Below are positions 25,990 to 39,625 of a stretch of DNA of 64,000 bases, one piece after another. The notes beneath the pieces were generated by a model. It worked only from the letters and a program-made list of their open reading frames with translations. It ran no database searches and had not been told where the DNA came from. Made by a program: the position numbers and the translations under genes. The DNA comes from Octopus vulgaris (Eukaryota). How positions within the stretch are numbered: the stretch's first letter is position 1; the number at the start of each line of letters is the position of its first letter. The DNA lies in the NCBI GenBank assembly GCA_951406725.2, contig OX597825.1, positions 62,806,001-62,870,000 on the forward strand, in the 5' to 3' direction.

Positions 25990-26275
25990 GTTATTATTAT
26001 TATTATTGTTATTATTGTTGTTGTTGTTGTTGTTATTGTTCAGGTCACTGCTTGAAATCGAACTCAGAATCTTGGGATTAGTATCCTGCACTCTTAACCA
26101 CTACACCATATGCCCATGGGCTTATTATTATTATTATTATTATTATTAATATTATTATTATTATTATTATCATTATTCAGGTCACTGCTTGGAATTGAAC
26201 TTGGAATCGAACTTGGAATCTTGGGATTAGTAGCCCGTGCTCTAACCACTACGATATGTGCCTGTGGGCATATGG
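25801..26275 (-). mobile_element. Family E: tRNA-headed element (two tandem heads) with (AAT)n spacer, minimal hammerhead fold and (AATAATGTA)n tail
   Basis: Heads at ~26042-26114 and ~26178-26265 with A-box TGGTGTAGTGG and B-box GTTCGATTYC; hammerhead topology at 25863-25908. Confidence 0.75.
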
Positions 26276-26532
26276 TAGATAGAAACTGAAAGAAGCTCAT
26301 TATATATATGTGTGTGTGTGAGAGAGAGAGTGTGTATTTGTGTTTCTGTGTTTGTCACCCAATGTTGGTGTGTTTACATCCCCTTAACTTAGTGGTTCGG
26401 CAAAAGAGACCAATAAAATAAGTACTAGGCTTACAAAGAATAAGTCCTGGAGTCAGTTTGTTCGACTAAAGGCGGTGATGCAGCATGGCCTCAGTCAAAT
26501 GATTGAAACAAATAAAAGAGTAAAAGAGTAAA
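26272..26532 (+). mobile_element. SINE family B, 3' part
   Basis: ggtagatagaaactgaaagaag...gtaaaagagtaa. Confidence 0.85.
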
Positions 26533-26977
26533 GATTCAATTATGCATTCCTATACTGATGGCACCTCATGTAAATCTGGCTCCCTCTCAACAACATTACC
26601 CCATGGTCAAAGGGGATTTTTGTCATGCAGGTTATATGGCAATTTCATTGATACTGGTGCCACAAAAAAGCATCCTGCACACTGACCACATCTTCATCAT
26701 CACCACTGATATTGTCAGTGTTATGTGCTCAGTGTTAAGTAGTGCATTTCATCTGGCCCTAAAAACCATCCCAAAGCAGACCCTTGAGTTTGGCATGGTC
26801 CTCTGACACTTTAGTTCCTGCCAAACCATTCCATCCATGGCAGTATGGAGGATAGACAGCAAATGCTGGTAATGATGGTGATGATGACGATGACGACGGC
26901 AACGACATTAACAAAAATGATGACAGCAATGACAACGACAATGATGATGATGATGATATCACATATCTTATATTTAC

Positions 26978-27015
26978 CTGAGATTTTTGGACAGTAACAT
27001 GTTCAGCATATGGAC
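26978..27015 (-). CDS. Candidate 38-nt micro-exon ((G)PYAEHVTVQKSQ or VHMLNMLLSKNL)
   Basis: Acceptor atttttattcgacAG; donor CAG|GTAAAT; two open frames; unique sequence. Confidence 0.35.
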
Positions 27016-28032
27016 CTGTCGAATAAAAATTTGTGTAATAAACTGTTAAAGTTTTCTTATAGATATAATTAATTCCTTATAATCTTCAATTTGTGAAAGA
27101 AAGAAAAAAAAAACCTCCCAAAAACAATAAGGTCATTGGCAGATCCATAACATATCTATTGCTTGCTGGTCACCTCTGGTACTGGTTACATTCCTGAGAG
27201 CCTGCCATTCCATATTTTTAAACAAGACACTATAATCTTTTATTGTGCTTTAAATATTTAATTCCATACCTTAAATCTGTGAAGTTTAAATCAAAGCAAT
27301 ATTGATTTTTGCTTCTCATGGAAAATGTATCAGTTATGGATTGAGGCCATTTCAATTAACTATATTTTTACTCTACAATAATTAGCTACTGTAGCATTGT
27401 TCTAATGTGAGAAATGAATATTAATAATAAGAACAGCAATAATACAACTTAACTATTATCATTAATAATACAGAGGAGAAATACCCTGATCTTTGACAAA
27501 ATAACACACGCAAAAAAAAAATTGCAAATTTCTTTATATTAAAAAAAATATTGTAGTATTACTATTGTTATTAATAATATTGTTTCTTCATAATTATTTT
27601 CACTGCCAACTGTTTTCTTTTTCTTTTTTGTGTCTTAGAAAATACCAAGATATTAAGAACTTTTATTCTCTGATATGATTTTTCATTTCCTTCATTTATG
27701 GTGTTGTAGTTAATTATCTCACATAATTATCTTTCAATGAAAAGGTAAAAAAATTCTTAATCTATCAAATTATTAAATAATGAATAACCAAAAACTAAAT
27801 CTGAGATTCAAATCTGAATTTTTTTCTGTTGTTAACTGACTTCCTTAAGGTGGCTGGATAGAACACAATGGATAGAGCACATAATGGAATTTCAAATTAT
27901 CAAAGACTGTACACAGATATAAAGCGAAACACTTGATTTAATTGATTTACCAGTAAGCTACATAGTTCCCTGCTTTTAATTGTATCAGTCACTGGACTGT
28001 GGCTATGTTGGGCACCCTTGGAAGATATCAAC

Positions 28033-28308
28033 AATTCAACTACAAAGCAATTGCCCAACTCCCCTTCAGGGTTGGCGAAAGCAATGTGGTGGACAACGAA
28101 AAACCTGGCTGATGACAGTCAAGGCTGATCTGGAACCCAACCTAGGCCCCCATATCAATGGCAATCACCGCTTGAATAAGGAGTGGCTGGAGATCATATG
28201 GTCGTTAGCCTCAAATCACCAGGTCTGGTCGGCGTTTGTGAGAGATGCAACATTGAGGATGAATGAAGCCAGCTCAACCCACTCCGGATGAATGCTGTCT
28301 CAAGACAA
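28033..28308 (+). mobile_element. 5'-truncated RTE-like LINE 3' end
   Basis: GWRKQCGGQRKTW..LASNHQVW; (CAAGA)2 tail; 12-bp TSD gaagatatcaac at 28021-28032 and 28309-28320. Confidence 0.85.
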
Positions 28309-29290
28309 GAAGATATCAACCCCAATACCTATTTTAAGACTGTTCTTTGTTCAATTAATCCTTTTTATTAAGCATCCACTCAATTTAGCAACTCATTCAG
28401 AGCTTTTACATAGATTTGTTTAGAAATACGGTAACATGGAGATTGGGATCAGATGGATAAGTATTTGATAAGGTGAGGCATGCATGGTGTTCTGTTGCAT
28501 TTCTGCTATGATATGATTGAAATTAGCTTCTCCTGATGGCATATGCTATCACAGCCTATAGAGTTGGAAAGATTTTTATCTTAGATTATGCTTGACACTT
28601 CTGAATGTCCAATTATACATATATCCTGGACATTTTCTACAGCTGAACAAAATTATAGTCAGATTGAAAGCAGTGGGGTTGACTGTAATTGTCCATAAAT
28701 TATTGTGTTAAGAAGTTTCACCTGTTTTAACTCTGCCAGTTTACTATTATCACTGGTCATATATATCTTCTTGGATTCCTTACTTATAACAAATCAATTC
28801 CTTCTATGACTGCCATCAGAATCTCATGATGGAATCTACTTCTGTTACCATAATTCATTGTAGAAGGACATAAATAACAAAAATTGATGACTGTATGAAT
28901 AGTCTTCTACTGAGGATTGATAATCAAACACAAAGTAAGGATAAGCAATCTTTTCTGTGAATAAGTAACATAGAGATCAGTTCAAATGCATTCTCATCAA
29001 AATTAGATTATTAGCCATAAATTTGAATACATTAAAAAAGACTAGCCTAACAAAAATGATTGTTCAATAAATTAAATCCTTATTCATCATGCAACTCTGA
29101 GTTAGCCATCCATTATGTTTGCCTACTTTGTGTCTCACAAGTAATCATCCTTCTAAAGTTGCAATGTGAAGTTCCTGGTCAACTACATCTGGCTCACCCA
29201 GATACTAGCAAAATGAAGGCACAACCTAAATGTACTGACTTGGGAATGAAATTTGCGTAGGGGGTGTAAACCCAGGCCCAAAAGGTTTTA

Positions 29291-29648
29291 CGGTTGTGTG
29301 GTAAGTAGCTTGCTTACCAACCACGTGGTTCCAGATTCAGTCCCACTGCGTGGCACCTTGGGCAAGTGTCTTCTACTATAACCTCGAGCCGACCAAAGCC
29401 TTGTGAGTAGATTTGGTAGACGGAAACTTAAAGAAGCCTGTTGTACATATATATGTGTGTGTGTGTGTGTGTTTGTGTGTCTGTGTTTGTCCCCCCAACA
29501 TCGCTTGACTATCGATACTGGTGTGTTTACGTCCCCGTAACTTAGCGGTTCGGCAAAAGATCCCGATAGAATAAGTACTAGGCTTACAAAGAATAAGTCC
29601 TGGGGTTGATTTGCTGAACTAAAGGCGGTGTTCCAGCATGGCCACAGT
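29291..29648 (+). mobile_element. SINE family B
   Basis: Family B match. Confidence 0.9.
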
Positions 29649-29998
29649 AAACCTAATTCAAGTTACTTTTTACTCACTGTTTTCTAAATGTGAGGAAAGT
29701 AAGAAGGGATATAAAATTTTGATTTTGCACCCCACAAAACTTTTAGGGGGTGCACTTGAACTCCCTGCACCCCTTGTTACTGGGCCCATTGCTAAATGTT
29801 AAATTTTCTGCTTAAAGATGGACTGTGACATAGAACATGTGCTAGAGGTAGCAATAAATATCAAATAAATGCCAAAACGCTAGCCAATAATCCAGGGCAT
29901 GCTGTGGGAAAGCTTGTAGCCCATTGGGTCGTCTATACATTGATTATACAGGATCGTTTTTGCATAAAATACTTTTGACTACCTTTACTTCATATTAA

Positions 29999-30218
29999 CC
30001 CTTTCATTACCAACCTGGCTGAAACCGGCTCTGGCTCTGAGTACAAATGTCTTGTTTTTATGAGTTTTTAATTAAAATCTTCCACCAAACCTTAGTTACA
30101 GTTTATGTTCCTAACACTAGCTTAATGATAACTAAGTTATTTTACTAAATTCTTTGTTATAATTGAATTAATTGAAAGAAACACAGAGCATTTCTAAATA
30201 AATACAGTAACGAAAGGA
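29999..30218. mobile_element. piggyBac-type MITE
   Basis: TTAA on both sides (29995-29998, 30219-30222); TIRs CCCTTTCATTAC / GTAACGAAAGGA; no coding capacity. Confidence 0.85.
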
Positions 30219-30771
30219 TTAATTGAAAATTTCTCTGTGAACACATCAATTTCTCCAGCAATCATTGGAAAACTTACAGCTACCTTTACAGTTTTGCTTT
30301 TACATATAATGAATTTCTGTTTTTTTTCAAATTCCTAAGCACCATGTAAGCAGTGCATGTTAACATCTATTGTCCAATGGAAGTGCTGAACAAGAAGTCT
30401 TATCTTTGAATGTAGCTTTCAAGAAATTTTCAATCCAAAGTTGTGAATTAATTGAAAATAGAGTAAATGGTTTTCTTTTTGTTTATTGACTTACACCCAC
30501 CTCTGTTACTGATGTATCTCTTGTTGAACTGCTAATGATTCTCATATGCAGAAAAATCAAGATTTGATATAATCTCTCTACACATGTGACCAAATTTTTA
30601 CAAAAGGTATCAAGACAACTGAGAAATTTTACTATTGACAAGTTTCCTAGGAGGATTGTCTAGTGATATATTGTTCAGTGATACTCATATTTCTAGCCCT
30701 TAATAATCCTTGCAGAACCTGTTGATCATGATTTCTCAACAGATGAAGAATCTTTCTATTCCACAGTCACA

Positions 30772-31005
30772 AGGCGGCGAGCTGGCAGAAACGTTAGCAT
30801 GCCAGGCGAAATGTGTAGCCGTATTTCATCTACTTTTACGTTCTGAGTTCAAATTCCGCTGAGGTCGACTTTGCCTTTCATCCTTTCATGGTCGATAAAT
30901 TAAGTACCAGTTACGCACTGGGGTCGAGGTAATCGACTTAATCCATTTGTCTGTCCTTGTTTGTCCCCTCTGTGTTTAACACCTTGTGGGTAGTAAAGAA
31001 ATATA
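30772..31005 (+). mobile_element. SINE family A, full length
   Basis: 15-bp TSD tattccacagtcaca at 30757-30771 and 31006-31020. Confidence 0.92.
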
Positions 31006-31298
31006 TATTCCACAGTCACATTTCAACGTGACTGTGTTCACTCACAACAGTCATGTGATAAACCAGCCAATGCAGTGGTTCTGGCTCATACAACTAAACC
31101 ATTATTAGGACCTACACATCCATATGAGACAGCATTATATTCGTTTTAGTCTACTGAAACAATTTACTTTGGTTCAAAGTGAATAATGACCAAGTAAAAA
31201 TAAAAAAACCAACTCCCTATTATAAGGATTACAAAGAAAAATTATTTTGAGAGCCGGAGGCTGTTTCATGTTGTGTCCTCATATATTAGAGGTCCTAG

Positions 31299-31467
31299 TG
31301 GAGGCACATGGCCTAGTGGTTAGAGCAGTGGACTCACTGTTGAGGGATCGCGTGTTCGAATCTCAGACCGGTTGATGTACGTGTTCATAAGCAAAGCACC
31401 TAAGCTCCACACGGCTCTGGCAGAAGGTAATGGTGAACTTCTGCTGACTCTTTCACCACAAATTTCT
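31299..31467 (+). mobile_element. SINE family C, truncated by the assembly gap
   Basis: ggaggcacatggcctagtggttagagcagtggactc..gttcgaatctc matches 44222 and 56970. Confidence 0.85.
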
Positions 31468-31567
31468 NNNNNNNNNNNNNNNNNNNNNNNNNNNNNNNNN
31501 NNNNNNNNNNNNNNNNNNNNNNNNNNNNNNNNNNNNNNNNNNNNNNNNNNNNNNNNNNNNNNNNNNN
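31468..31567. other. Assembly gap (100 N)
   Basis: N run. Confidence 1.
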
Positions 31568-31932
31568 CCTTTCACTCAGAGAGGGCAAACTTTGGTTGTC
31601 AACCGAGGTATAAATTCTCAGGATTTCTTCCATCTTATTCTTTTTCTAGTAATTACACCTTCTGTACATACTGCCCCACCCCACAACTAATTTGATCCCT
31701 TAGGTAGTGGAAATTATCCACTACTTCTTAAAAAACCTCCAATGCATTTAAGAAAATCAATTTCCCAACTATCTGTAGTTTTTATGGCTCTCGTGCATCT
31801 TCCATATATAAACACTATTTTCGCTGATAACCTCCTTATTATTCCTCTGCACCTCTTGTGTGACAATAGCTTGCACTGGGTACACCATATGAAATTCTTG
31901 CCTACAACTTTTCTACAAACTGAGTAGGATCA

Positions 31933-32372
31933 TTGGGCAAGTGTCTTCTACTATAGCCTCAGGCCTACCAAAGCCTTGTTAGTGGATTTGGTAGATGAAA
32001 ACTGAAAGAAGCATATCTATATATGTATGTGTGTGTATATGTTTGTGTGTATGTTTGTCGCCCCAACATCGCTTGACAACCAATGCTGGTGTGCTTACGT
32101 GTGGAAACTGAAAGAAGCCCATTGTATATATGTATATATATATATGTGTGTGTGTATATGCTTGTTTGTCTGTGTTTTTCCCCCCAACATCGCTTGACAA
32201 CCGATGCTGGTGTGCTTACGTCCCCGTAACTTAGCAGTTCGGTAAAAGAGACTGATAGAAGAAGTACTAGGCTTACAAAGAATAAGTCTTTGGGTCGATT
32301 TGCTCGACTAAAGGCGGTGCTCCAGCATGGCCACAGTCAAATGACTGAAACAAGTAAAAAAGTAAAAGAGTA
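31933..32372 (+). mobile_element. SINE family B, 5'-truncated, with internal ~120-bp duplication
   Basis: gaaactgaaagaag..gctggtgtgcttacgt occurs twice. Confidence 0.88.
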
Positions 32373-32727
32373 AGAGATTATGGTTATTATACTTCCATTT
32401 CTACATTTTACTGTCTTCTAGTCAGTTTTTTTTTCACCCCTGTTCTTGCTGGAATCTCTTTGAATATTGACATTGACATAGGAAGCACTTCTCGACCTAC
32501 CAAACATAAAAAAAAAAGCCAAATTTTGAACCAAGAAACATCAGAGAGTAATCACTAACACGTTCAACACCGTAATATTTGATCAAATAAATATATCTAA
32601 TAAACATCTCCACTGTTTCGTCAAATAATCTAGGTGTTTATTTGTATAAGATACATATGCGATTCAATCATGTTTCTTTCATTATCTCTGGCTGCTTCAA
32701 AATCCTGAAACTTCCCAATATCACACA

Positions 32728-33145
32728 GTGATGAATATGATGTTGATGATGTGTATGATGATGATAAAGCCACCACTAATATTGCTCTCACTGTTGGTGG
32801 TAGAGATGACATCAATTTCAATAATGACAGTGATGACAAGGAGGAGGAATAGGGGGAGTCAGAAAAAGATGACAACAGTATCAACGATGTTGAGGATGAA
32901 GATGACAACACTAATGAAACTGATGACGACGACAAAAATGATAATGATGATGATGATGAGTAGGAGGAGGAGGAGGAGAATGGTAACGGGGGCGTGATCA
33001 TGACAAGGGCTATAATCATTATGGTGAGGGTGATAAGGAGAAGGAGAATGCATCGGATGACAACAATGACAATGATGATGATGATGATGATGATGACGAA
33101 AACGATGACGATGATAACAACGATGATGATGAAGATGATAATCAT
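32728..33145. repeat. Degenerate (GAT)n low-complexity tract
   Basis: Seen directly. Confidence 0.9.
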
Positions 33146-33764
33146 TTAATGGATTTATTTAACCAATCAGTGAGTGCCAATCTCTCCGAGTAATTAATTC
33201 TATATACATAAAAAATATCAAATACTAGCTACGATATGACAAGTAAAAGCTATAAAATAGTAACAGTATATCAGCATCCTTCAAACTAGAATGAAATGCC
33301 TTGATTATGGTGAAACAGATGTGCCTAGTTTATTGGAGAATGCCAAAGGACATACAAAACCACATACTTTCATTTCGTTTCTTTCCATCAATTTTCTTTT
33401 CAAATACAGGTTTTATTTCTGTAAAAAATATTCTTTAATTCCCTTCATTTTTTTTTTTGTATATGTAATAATAATTTCACGTTTTAGTATTATTTCTAAG
33501 TTTTGCAAACATAATTATTTTTCCTTAAATATAGGGACAAGAATGGTTTTATGGTTAATAAGTTTGCTCTGGAACTACAAGGTTAGTTGTTCAATCTTAT
33601 TGCCTGAATGTTGTCATGAGCTGGCATTCTACAAGGGGGTGCTGAGATGGTCCTAACTTTAAGGGTATCACAAAAGGCCTCGTGGCAGATCTACCCTTCT
33701 GAGTTAGTTCTTTCTCAGGGCTTAGAAAAACTGAAGGACCACTGCAATAAATGTGTGAATCTAA

Positions 33765-34210
33765 GGGTGAAATGCTTAACAATATTTCATCTGCCATTAT
33801 GTTCTGAGTTCAAATTCTGCTGAGGTCGACTTTGCCTTTCATCCTTTCGGGGTCGATAAATTAAGTACCGATTTCTTTATTACCCACAAGGGGCTAAACA
33901 TAGAGGGGACAAACAAGGACAGACATAGGTATTAAGTCGATTACATCGACCCCAGTGCGTAACTGGTGCTTAATTTATCGACCCCAAAAGGATGAAAAGC
34001 AAAGTCGACCTCGGCGGAATTTGAACTCACAACGTAACGGCAGACGAAATACTGCAAAGCATTTCGCCCGGCATTACACACTGGGGTCGATGTAATCGAC
34101 TTAATCCTTTGTCTGTCCTTGTTTGTCCTCTCTGTGTGTAGCCCCTTCTGGGTAGTAAAGAAATAAGAAACATTAGCATGCCAGGTGAAATGCTTAGCGG
34201 TATTTCATTT
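33765..34210. mobile_element. SINE A (+) interrupted by an antisense SINE A (33871-34072)
   Basis: Plus copy breaks at taagtacc and resumes at ttacacactggggtcg after a reverse-complement copy. Confidence 0.9.
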
Positions 34211-34319
34211 GTAATACAGTAAGTATTATCTATACTAATATATGCATCTAAATATTTATATCTTTATATATATATTTATATAGATATGTATATATGTATA
34301 TGCCTATGTCTGAGTGTGT

Positions 34320-34400
<81 letters not shown>

Positions 34401-34764
34401 TATATGTCTGCATGTGTATGTTCCTGTGAGGGAGTTTATAGTCCTCTAATGTTCATGTGAATTCGCTGTCTGTAAGCAACAGCTAAAATGTCAATAAAGG
34501 GTGATGTCTCTCCTTTGCTTGCGGTCAAGTGTTAAAGCATGTCCGAGCTTCCTGACATATCTTTACATGTTGCACCATCTTTGAAAATAAATGGCTCATT
34601 TAGAGTCTTTTGTTTCCACTTTTATTCCATAAGTCTATAGCCACACTGTTTGTTGTTTGATAGATTAAGAGATTATTACATTGCTAGGGAAAACAGGTGT
34701 GGTTTGGTAACTGCCTCAACATATTTATCTGACTCAACCAAGCATGTGAAAAGTAAATATCGAT

Positions 34765-34835
34765 ATGATGCTGCTGCTGCTGCTGCTACTGATAATGAGG
34801 GAGAGGAGGAGGAAGAGGGAGGGACGGAAGAAGAC

Positions 34836-34884
<49 letters not shown>

Positions 34885-35180
34885 TTGATGATAATAGTGT
34901 TGGTGGTGGTAATGGAGACGGTGGTTGCTGTTGTTGTTTTTATAGATGGGGAGAGTAATAGAGGTGGTGGTGGCAGTGGTAGCGGTGGTGGCGGCGGCGG
35001 TGGTGGTGGTGGTGGTGTTGGTGGTGATGCAGGTGAAGTTGATGATGTTGATGATGGCGACGATAATGATGAAGATGATGATGAGGCTGATGATAATGAT
35101 GATGAAGATGATGATAACACTGATGATGATAATGATGATGATGAAGATGATCATGACAATGATAACGAAGATGATGACGC
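34765..35180. repeat. (GAT)n/(GGT)n low-complexity tract
   Basis: Seen directly. Confidence 0.9.
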
Positions 35181-36626
35181 TTTTACATCGAATTATAATA
35201 TCAGATATCTAAATAAAACATTCATTTGTATACAACGAAGCATCAGTGCAAAGCAGTGTTTAAGTATGAGCAAAATTTAGGTTAATTGAAATATGTTTGT
35301 CACATATTTCAACTGTTAAAAGGCAAATACACTACAGTTACCATAGGAAAAAAATCTCTGTTACAGTAAAAAGGTGTGAAAACACCCGGTTCATTCAGTG
35401 TCGCTATCTATAAGGAATCCCAGACATCGATGTTTTGAGGTTTTTTTTTTTAATCTTGTCTGTAAGATGTACCTAAGAGAAGCAACTTTGAATGAACTTA
35501 ATAAAGTCATAGCAATTAGATGGTGACACAGGATGAACCAGGTGTTTTCACACCTAATTACTATGAAAGAGATGTTTTTCTTCACGGTAATTGCAGCTGA
35601 TTTAAACACTGCTTCACACTAATGCTCTGTTTTTTAACCTTTATCGGGCAATCTGCTAGTGCAAATCATTCAACACATTGACTGAATTATATATAAAACA
35701 ATGATTTTATTAAGTTCATTCAGAGTTACTCCTTTTAGGTACATCTCATATTTCAACTAACCTAAATTCTATTCATCTGTATGTTTTACTGGGAATCCTT
35801 CTTCAACTGCTTATCTAAGAGATACATAATTGGCTGTCAATAGACGAAGTCTGATCGTTAAGTATCTGGACAGTTGCCATAGTAACGAAGCTAAAGCAGG
35901 CAGAGTGAAGCTGCTTGGCTAAGATTGACCTTGAACTCCGATGTGCATGCACACTACGTTTTAACGTTCTAGCTCACTTCCGCTGTTTACAGCAGTGCTT
36001 GGAAGGTATGTGTGTAGCGTGTGAAAGTCACGTTGACCATGACAGAGAAAGTTGTCATGACAATACCTGCTCAGAGGCCTATGCAAAGTGGCAGAAAGTG
36101 TATGGAGAGGAGTTTAGGAGTTGCACACAAGTGTAACAAAAGCAAAATTTTGAGGAAATATTAGCCATTTTCCATGCTTTCTAGGAAATAGCATTTGCTA
36201 CCCAAGGACAAAAATCATGTTATACAATGTGACTAAACTGTCTTTGGGTCAAAATTCTATTTCCCACCAGTTGTATACTTTATCACACTAAGAACAATAC
36301 ATGGATATTTCCAGTCCAATATCAGCCGGTTTTTTTTTTTTTGAACAAACACTTCTCCATCTCCTGTGCCATTTTTTCATAACATTATCTGTCAACAATT
36401 TTATAAACTTCCAGATTAATGGATCAAATTGAAACAAAGATGCCCTCACCAGGTGTACTGAAAGTTTCTTGATTACCAAGAGAAAAATAAATACATTTCA
36501 TAAGTTTTCTAGTTTGAAACAATCAACTCCATCAGATTCCATTGTTTACAGTTGATATTAAGAAAGATATCTGTGTGAGAATATTGACACAAAGTCTTCC
36601 AGATTGTAAGCATTGATACTATTAAT

Positions 36627-36627
<1 letters not shown>

Positions 36628-36670
<43 letters not shown>

Positions 36671-37134
36671 ATATGTATGTGTGTGTGTGTATATGTATAT
36701 CTGTATGTACATATCGACACACACATATATATGTATATATATTGAAGCACACACATACATTTGTTTGTATAATGCAGAATCTACAAAGATGTTATTGTGA
36801 CATACACACACAGACACACACAAACACACACACGCATATATATATATACACATATACATATATACAGTGTTTGCTTCAGGTGAAACTCAGCTTACAGATA
36901 TATAATTGCTGTCATTTCAACATTGTTGACTATGTTTTTCAAGAACTCTGCCATTCATTGATAATAGATCTTACGCAGACACACGTTTCTGTGTGTACAT
37001 GAGCAAGTGTGTGTAAGAATACAGACAGACAGACAGACACACTCTCATGTATTCGTACATATGCACATATACATGCACAAATAAATATGTATGGATTTGC
37101 ACTCACACACACACACTATAAATAAATAAATAAA

Positions 37135-37232
<98 letters not shown>

Positions 37233-37365
37233 TGCATATATATCTATGTATGAAAATATATATATATATATAAGTATATATACACACATATATACATACA
37301 TATATATATGTATACATGTATATATATATATGCATATATATATATATGTGCATATATATATGTAT

Positions 37366-37396
<31 letters not shown>

Positions 37397-37497
37397 AACA
37401 TATATACACATATAAATGTAAACATATATATACACATGCATACAAACATACAACCACACATTTATATATATATATATAATCATATATATACATACAT

Positions 37498-37552
<55 letters not shown>
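36628..37552. repeat. (TA)n/(CA)n microsatellite cluster
   Basis: Seen directly. Confidence 0.9.
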
Positions 37553-37554
<2 letters not shown>

Positions 37555-37843
37555 TAGAATAAAACTACAAAGATTGTTTATGAAATATTCAATTACACCA
37601 TCCTATACCTGTTTCATTAAAATAATTGACAATTTGTTATATAATATAATATAATGCAATATTACATATATAATCTATATTGTCATATTAATATATATTC
37701 ATGAAGCAATTGTATATTTATATCATAAATGCGAATTTCAAACTACTCAAATCTATAATACACTTAATATATTTATCATGTATCTCTATACACCACACAA
37801 ATATAATTTACATTGATTCAAATCCATTTTATTTTACTGATAT

Positions 37844-37878
<35 letters not shown>

Positions 37879-38032
37879 CTCCTGTATATGAATTCTTTTT
37901 ACGTATTTAATAGCCAGAACCATTTATTGAAGGCATATTGCTGAAGCATTGTTTTATGGACAAATGTCCTTTGGGGAACTAATTTTTACATCATTTGTAA
38001 GGGGGTTTTAGGAGTTTTTAGGAGTTGGTCAT

Positions 38033-38247
38033 TACTCTTTTACTCTTTTAGTTGTTTCAATCTTGTGACTGTGGCCATGCTGGGGCACCGCCTTTAGTCG
38101 AGCAAATCGACACCAGGACTTATTCCCTGTAAGCCTACTATTATTCTATCCGTCTCTTTTGCTGAACCGCTAAATTACGGGGACGTAAACACACCAACAT
38201 CGGTTTTCAAGCAATGTTGGGGGGGACAAACACAGACACACAAACAT

Positions 38248-38278
<31 letters not shown>

Positions 38279-38449
38279 TATATACGACAAGTTTCTTTCA
38301 GTTTCCGTCTACCATATCCACTTACAAGGCTTTGGTCAGCCCGAGGCTATAGTAGAAAACACTTGCCCAAGGTGCCACTCAGTGGGACTGAACCCGGAAT
38401 CATGTGGTTGGTAAGCAAGCTACTTACCACAGAGCCTCTCCTGTGCCTC
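38033..38449 (-). mobile_element. SINE family B
   Basis: Reverse-complement family B. Confidence 0.9.
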
Positions 38450-38947
38450 AATCTATGTTTTTTTCATTCTTTTCTTAAGAACTAATGTTCAAAATGATAG
38501 CACATTCTATTTTTCTGTTCAATTTTTAAGCTAAATGCTGTTTCTAAAACATTGTTCGATATATGTTGTCCCTTTTAGTGTTATAAACCTTTAACATGTT
38601 TATCATCATCATCATCATTACCACCACCACCACCACCACTGTTATCATTTGTTCAAAAAAAAAAAAGAAGAGTATAAAAAATTTTAAATAAAAGGATAAA
38701 GTTTGAACACAGGTATGTTTTTAATGAAATATGTAGGAAAAAATATTTGTTCCCTGGGATGTATACATTTGATATATTTGTTTATCTATGCGTATTGTTG
38801 ACTGAGAACCCTACAATCTTGCATTCATATGATTTATAAGTTGTCCTTTATTGATTTTCTAGATTCTGTAGGGTTCAGAAAATTATTGCTTCCTTAGTTC
38901 ATGGTGGTTTTCTTCTGTAGATGTCACTTGATAATATTTCATTAGGA

Positions 38948-39270
38948 TGGCCACATAAAAAATACCTATGCCAGAGTCATGTAAAAAGTACACATGCCTG
39001 TGCCATGTAGAAAAGCACCAGTTTGGGGCCACATAAAAATCATTCATGTTGGTGCCACATGTTGGTGGAACATATAAAGCACCAGTGTTGATATCACGTT
39101 TAAAGCACTCAGTGCATTCTGTAAAGGGGTCGGCATTAGGAAGGGCATCCAGCCAAAGAAGTTATGCCAAAACAGACAAATTGGTGCATGGTGTAGTTCT
39201 CTAGCTAGCTAGCTCCTATCAACCCATCCAAGCTACACCAGCATGGAAAACATATGTTAAATGATGATGA
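38948..39270 (+). repeat. Family D repeat
   Basis: gccacataaaaa subrepeats, ttaggaagggcatccagcc, (GAT)n tail. Confidence 0.75.
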
Positions 39271-39375
39271 TGGTGGTGGTGATGGTGGCAGTGGCAGTGG
39301 CGGCGGCGGGGGCAGTGGTAGTGGTAGCGGTGGCGGTGGTGGCAGTGGTGGTAGTGGTGGTGGTGGTGGTGGTGG

Positions 39376-39625
39376 TAATGATCCTTCTGCAGGTTCACCT
39401 ACGGAAACCTTGTTACAACTTTTACTTCCTCTAAGCGATCGGGTTCGGTCGTCTTCTCCGAGAATGTGCCGACGACGGTGCGGAATGCTGCCATGCATAA
39501 GCGGACTCGTTGGCCAGATCAGAGGACCTCACCGGACCATTCGATTGGTAGTAGGGATGGGCGGTGTGTGCAAAGGGCAGGGACATGATCGACCCACACC
39601 TACTGGGAATTCCTAGTTCACGGGG
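39376..39625 (-). pseudogene. 18S rRNA 3'-terminal pseudogene fragment (possibly extends to ~39640)
   Basis: Reverse complement contains GAATTCCCAGTA, CCCTGCCCTTTG.ACACACCGCCC and AAGT.GTAACAAGGTTTCCGTAGGTGAACCTGC.GAAGGATCATTA; substitutions in universal positions and a short internal deletion. Confidence 0.95.

Noticed and set aside
26042-26265. Genuine tRNA genes (also at 23956, 31299, 44222, 56970)
   Set aside because: A and B boxes are present, but acceptor stems are broken and each head continues into a repeat body
31372-31695. ORFs spanning 31468-31567
   Set aside because: Artefact of reading through the N gap
32630-35280. Long acidic, Ser-rich or Pro-rich ORFs
   Set aside because: Trinucleotide low-complexity tracts open in several frames
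39376-39625. Functional 18S rRNA gene
   Set aside because: Only ~250 bp, mutated at universal positions, with no 5.8S or 28S context
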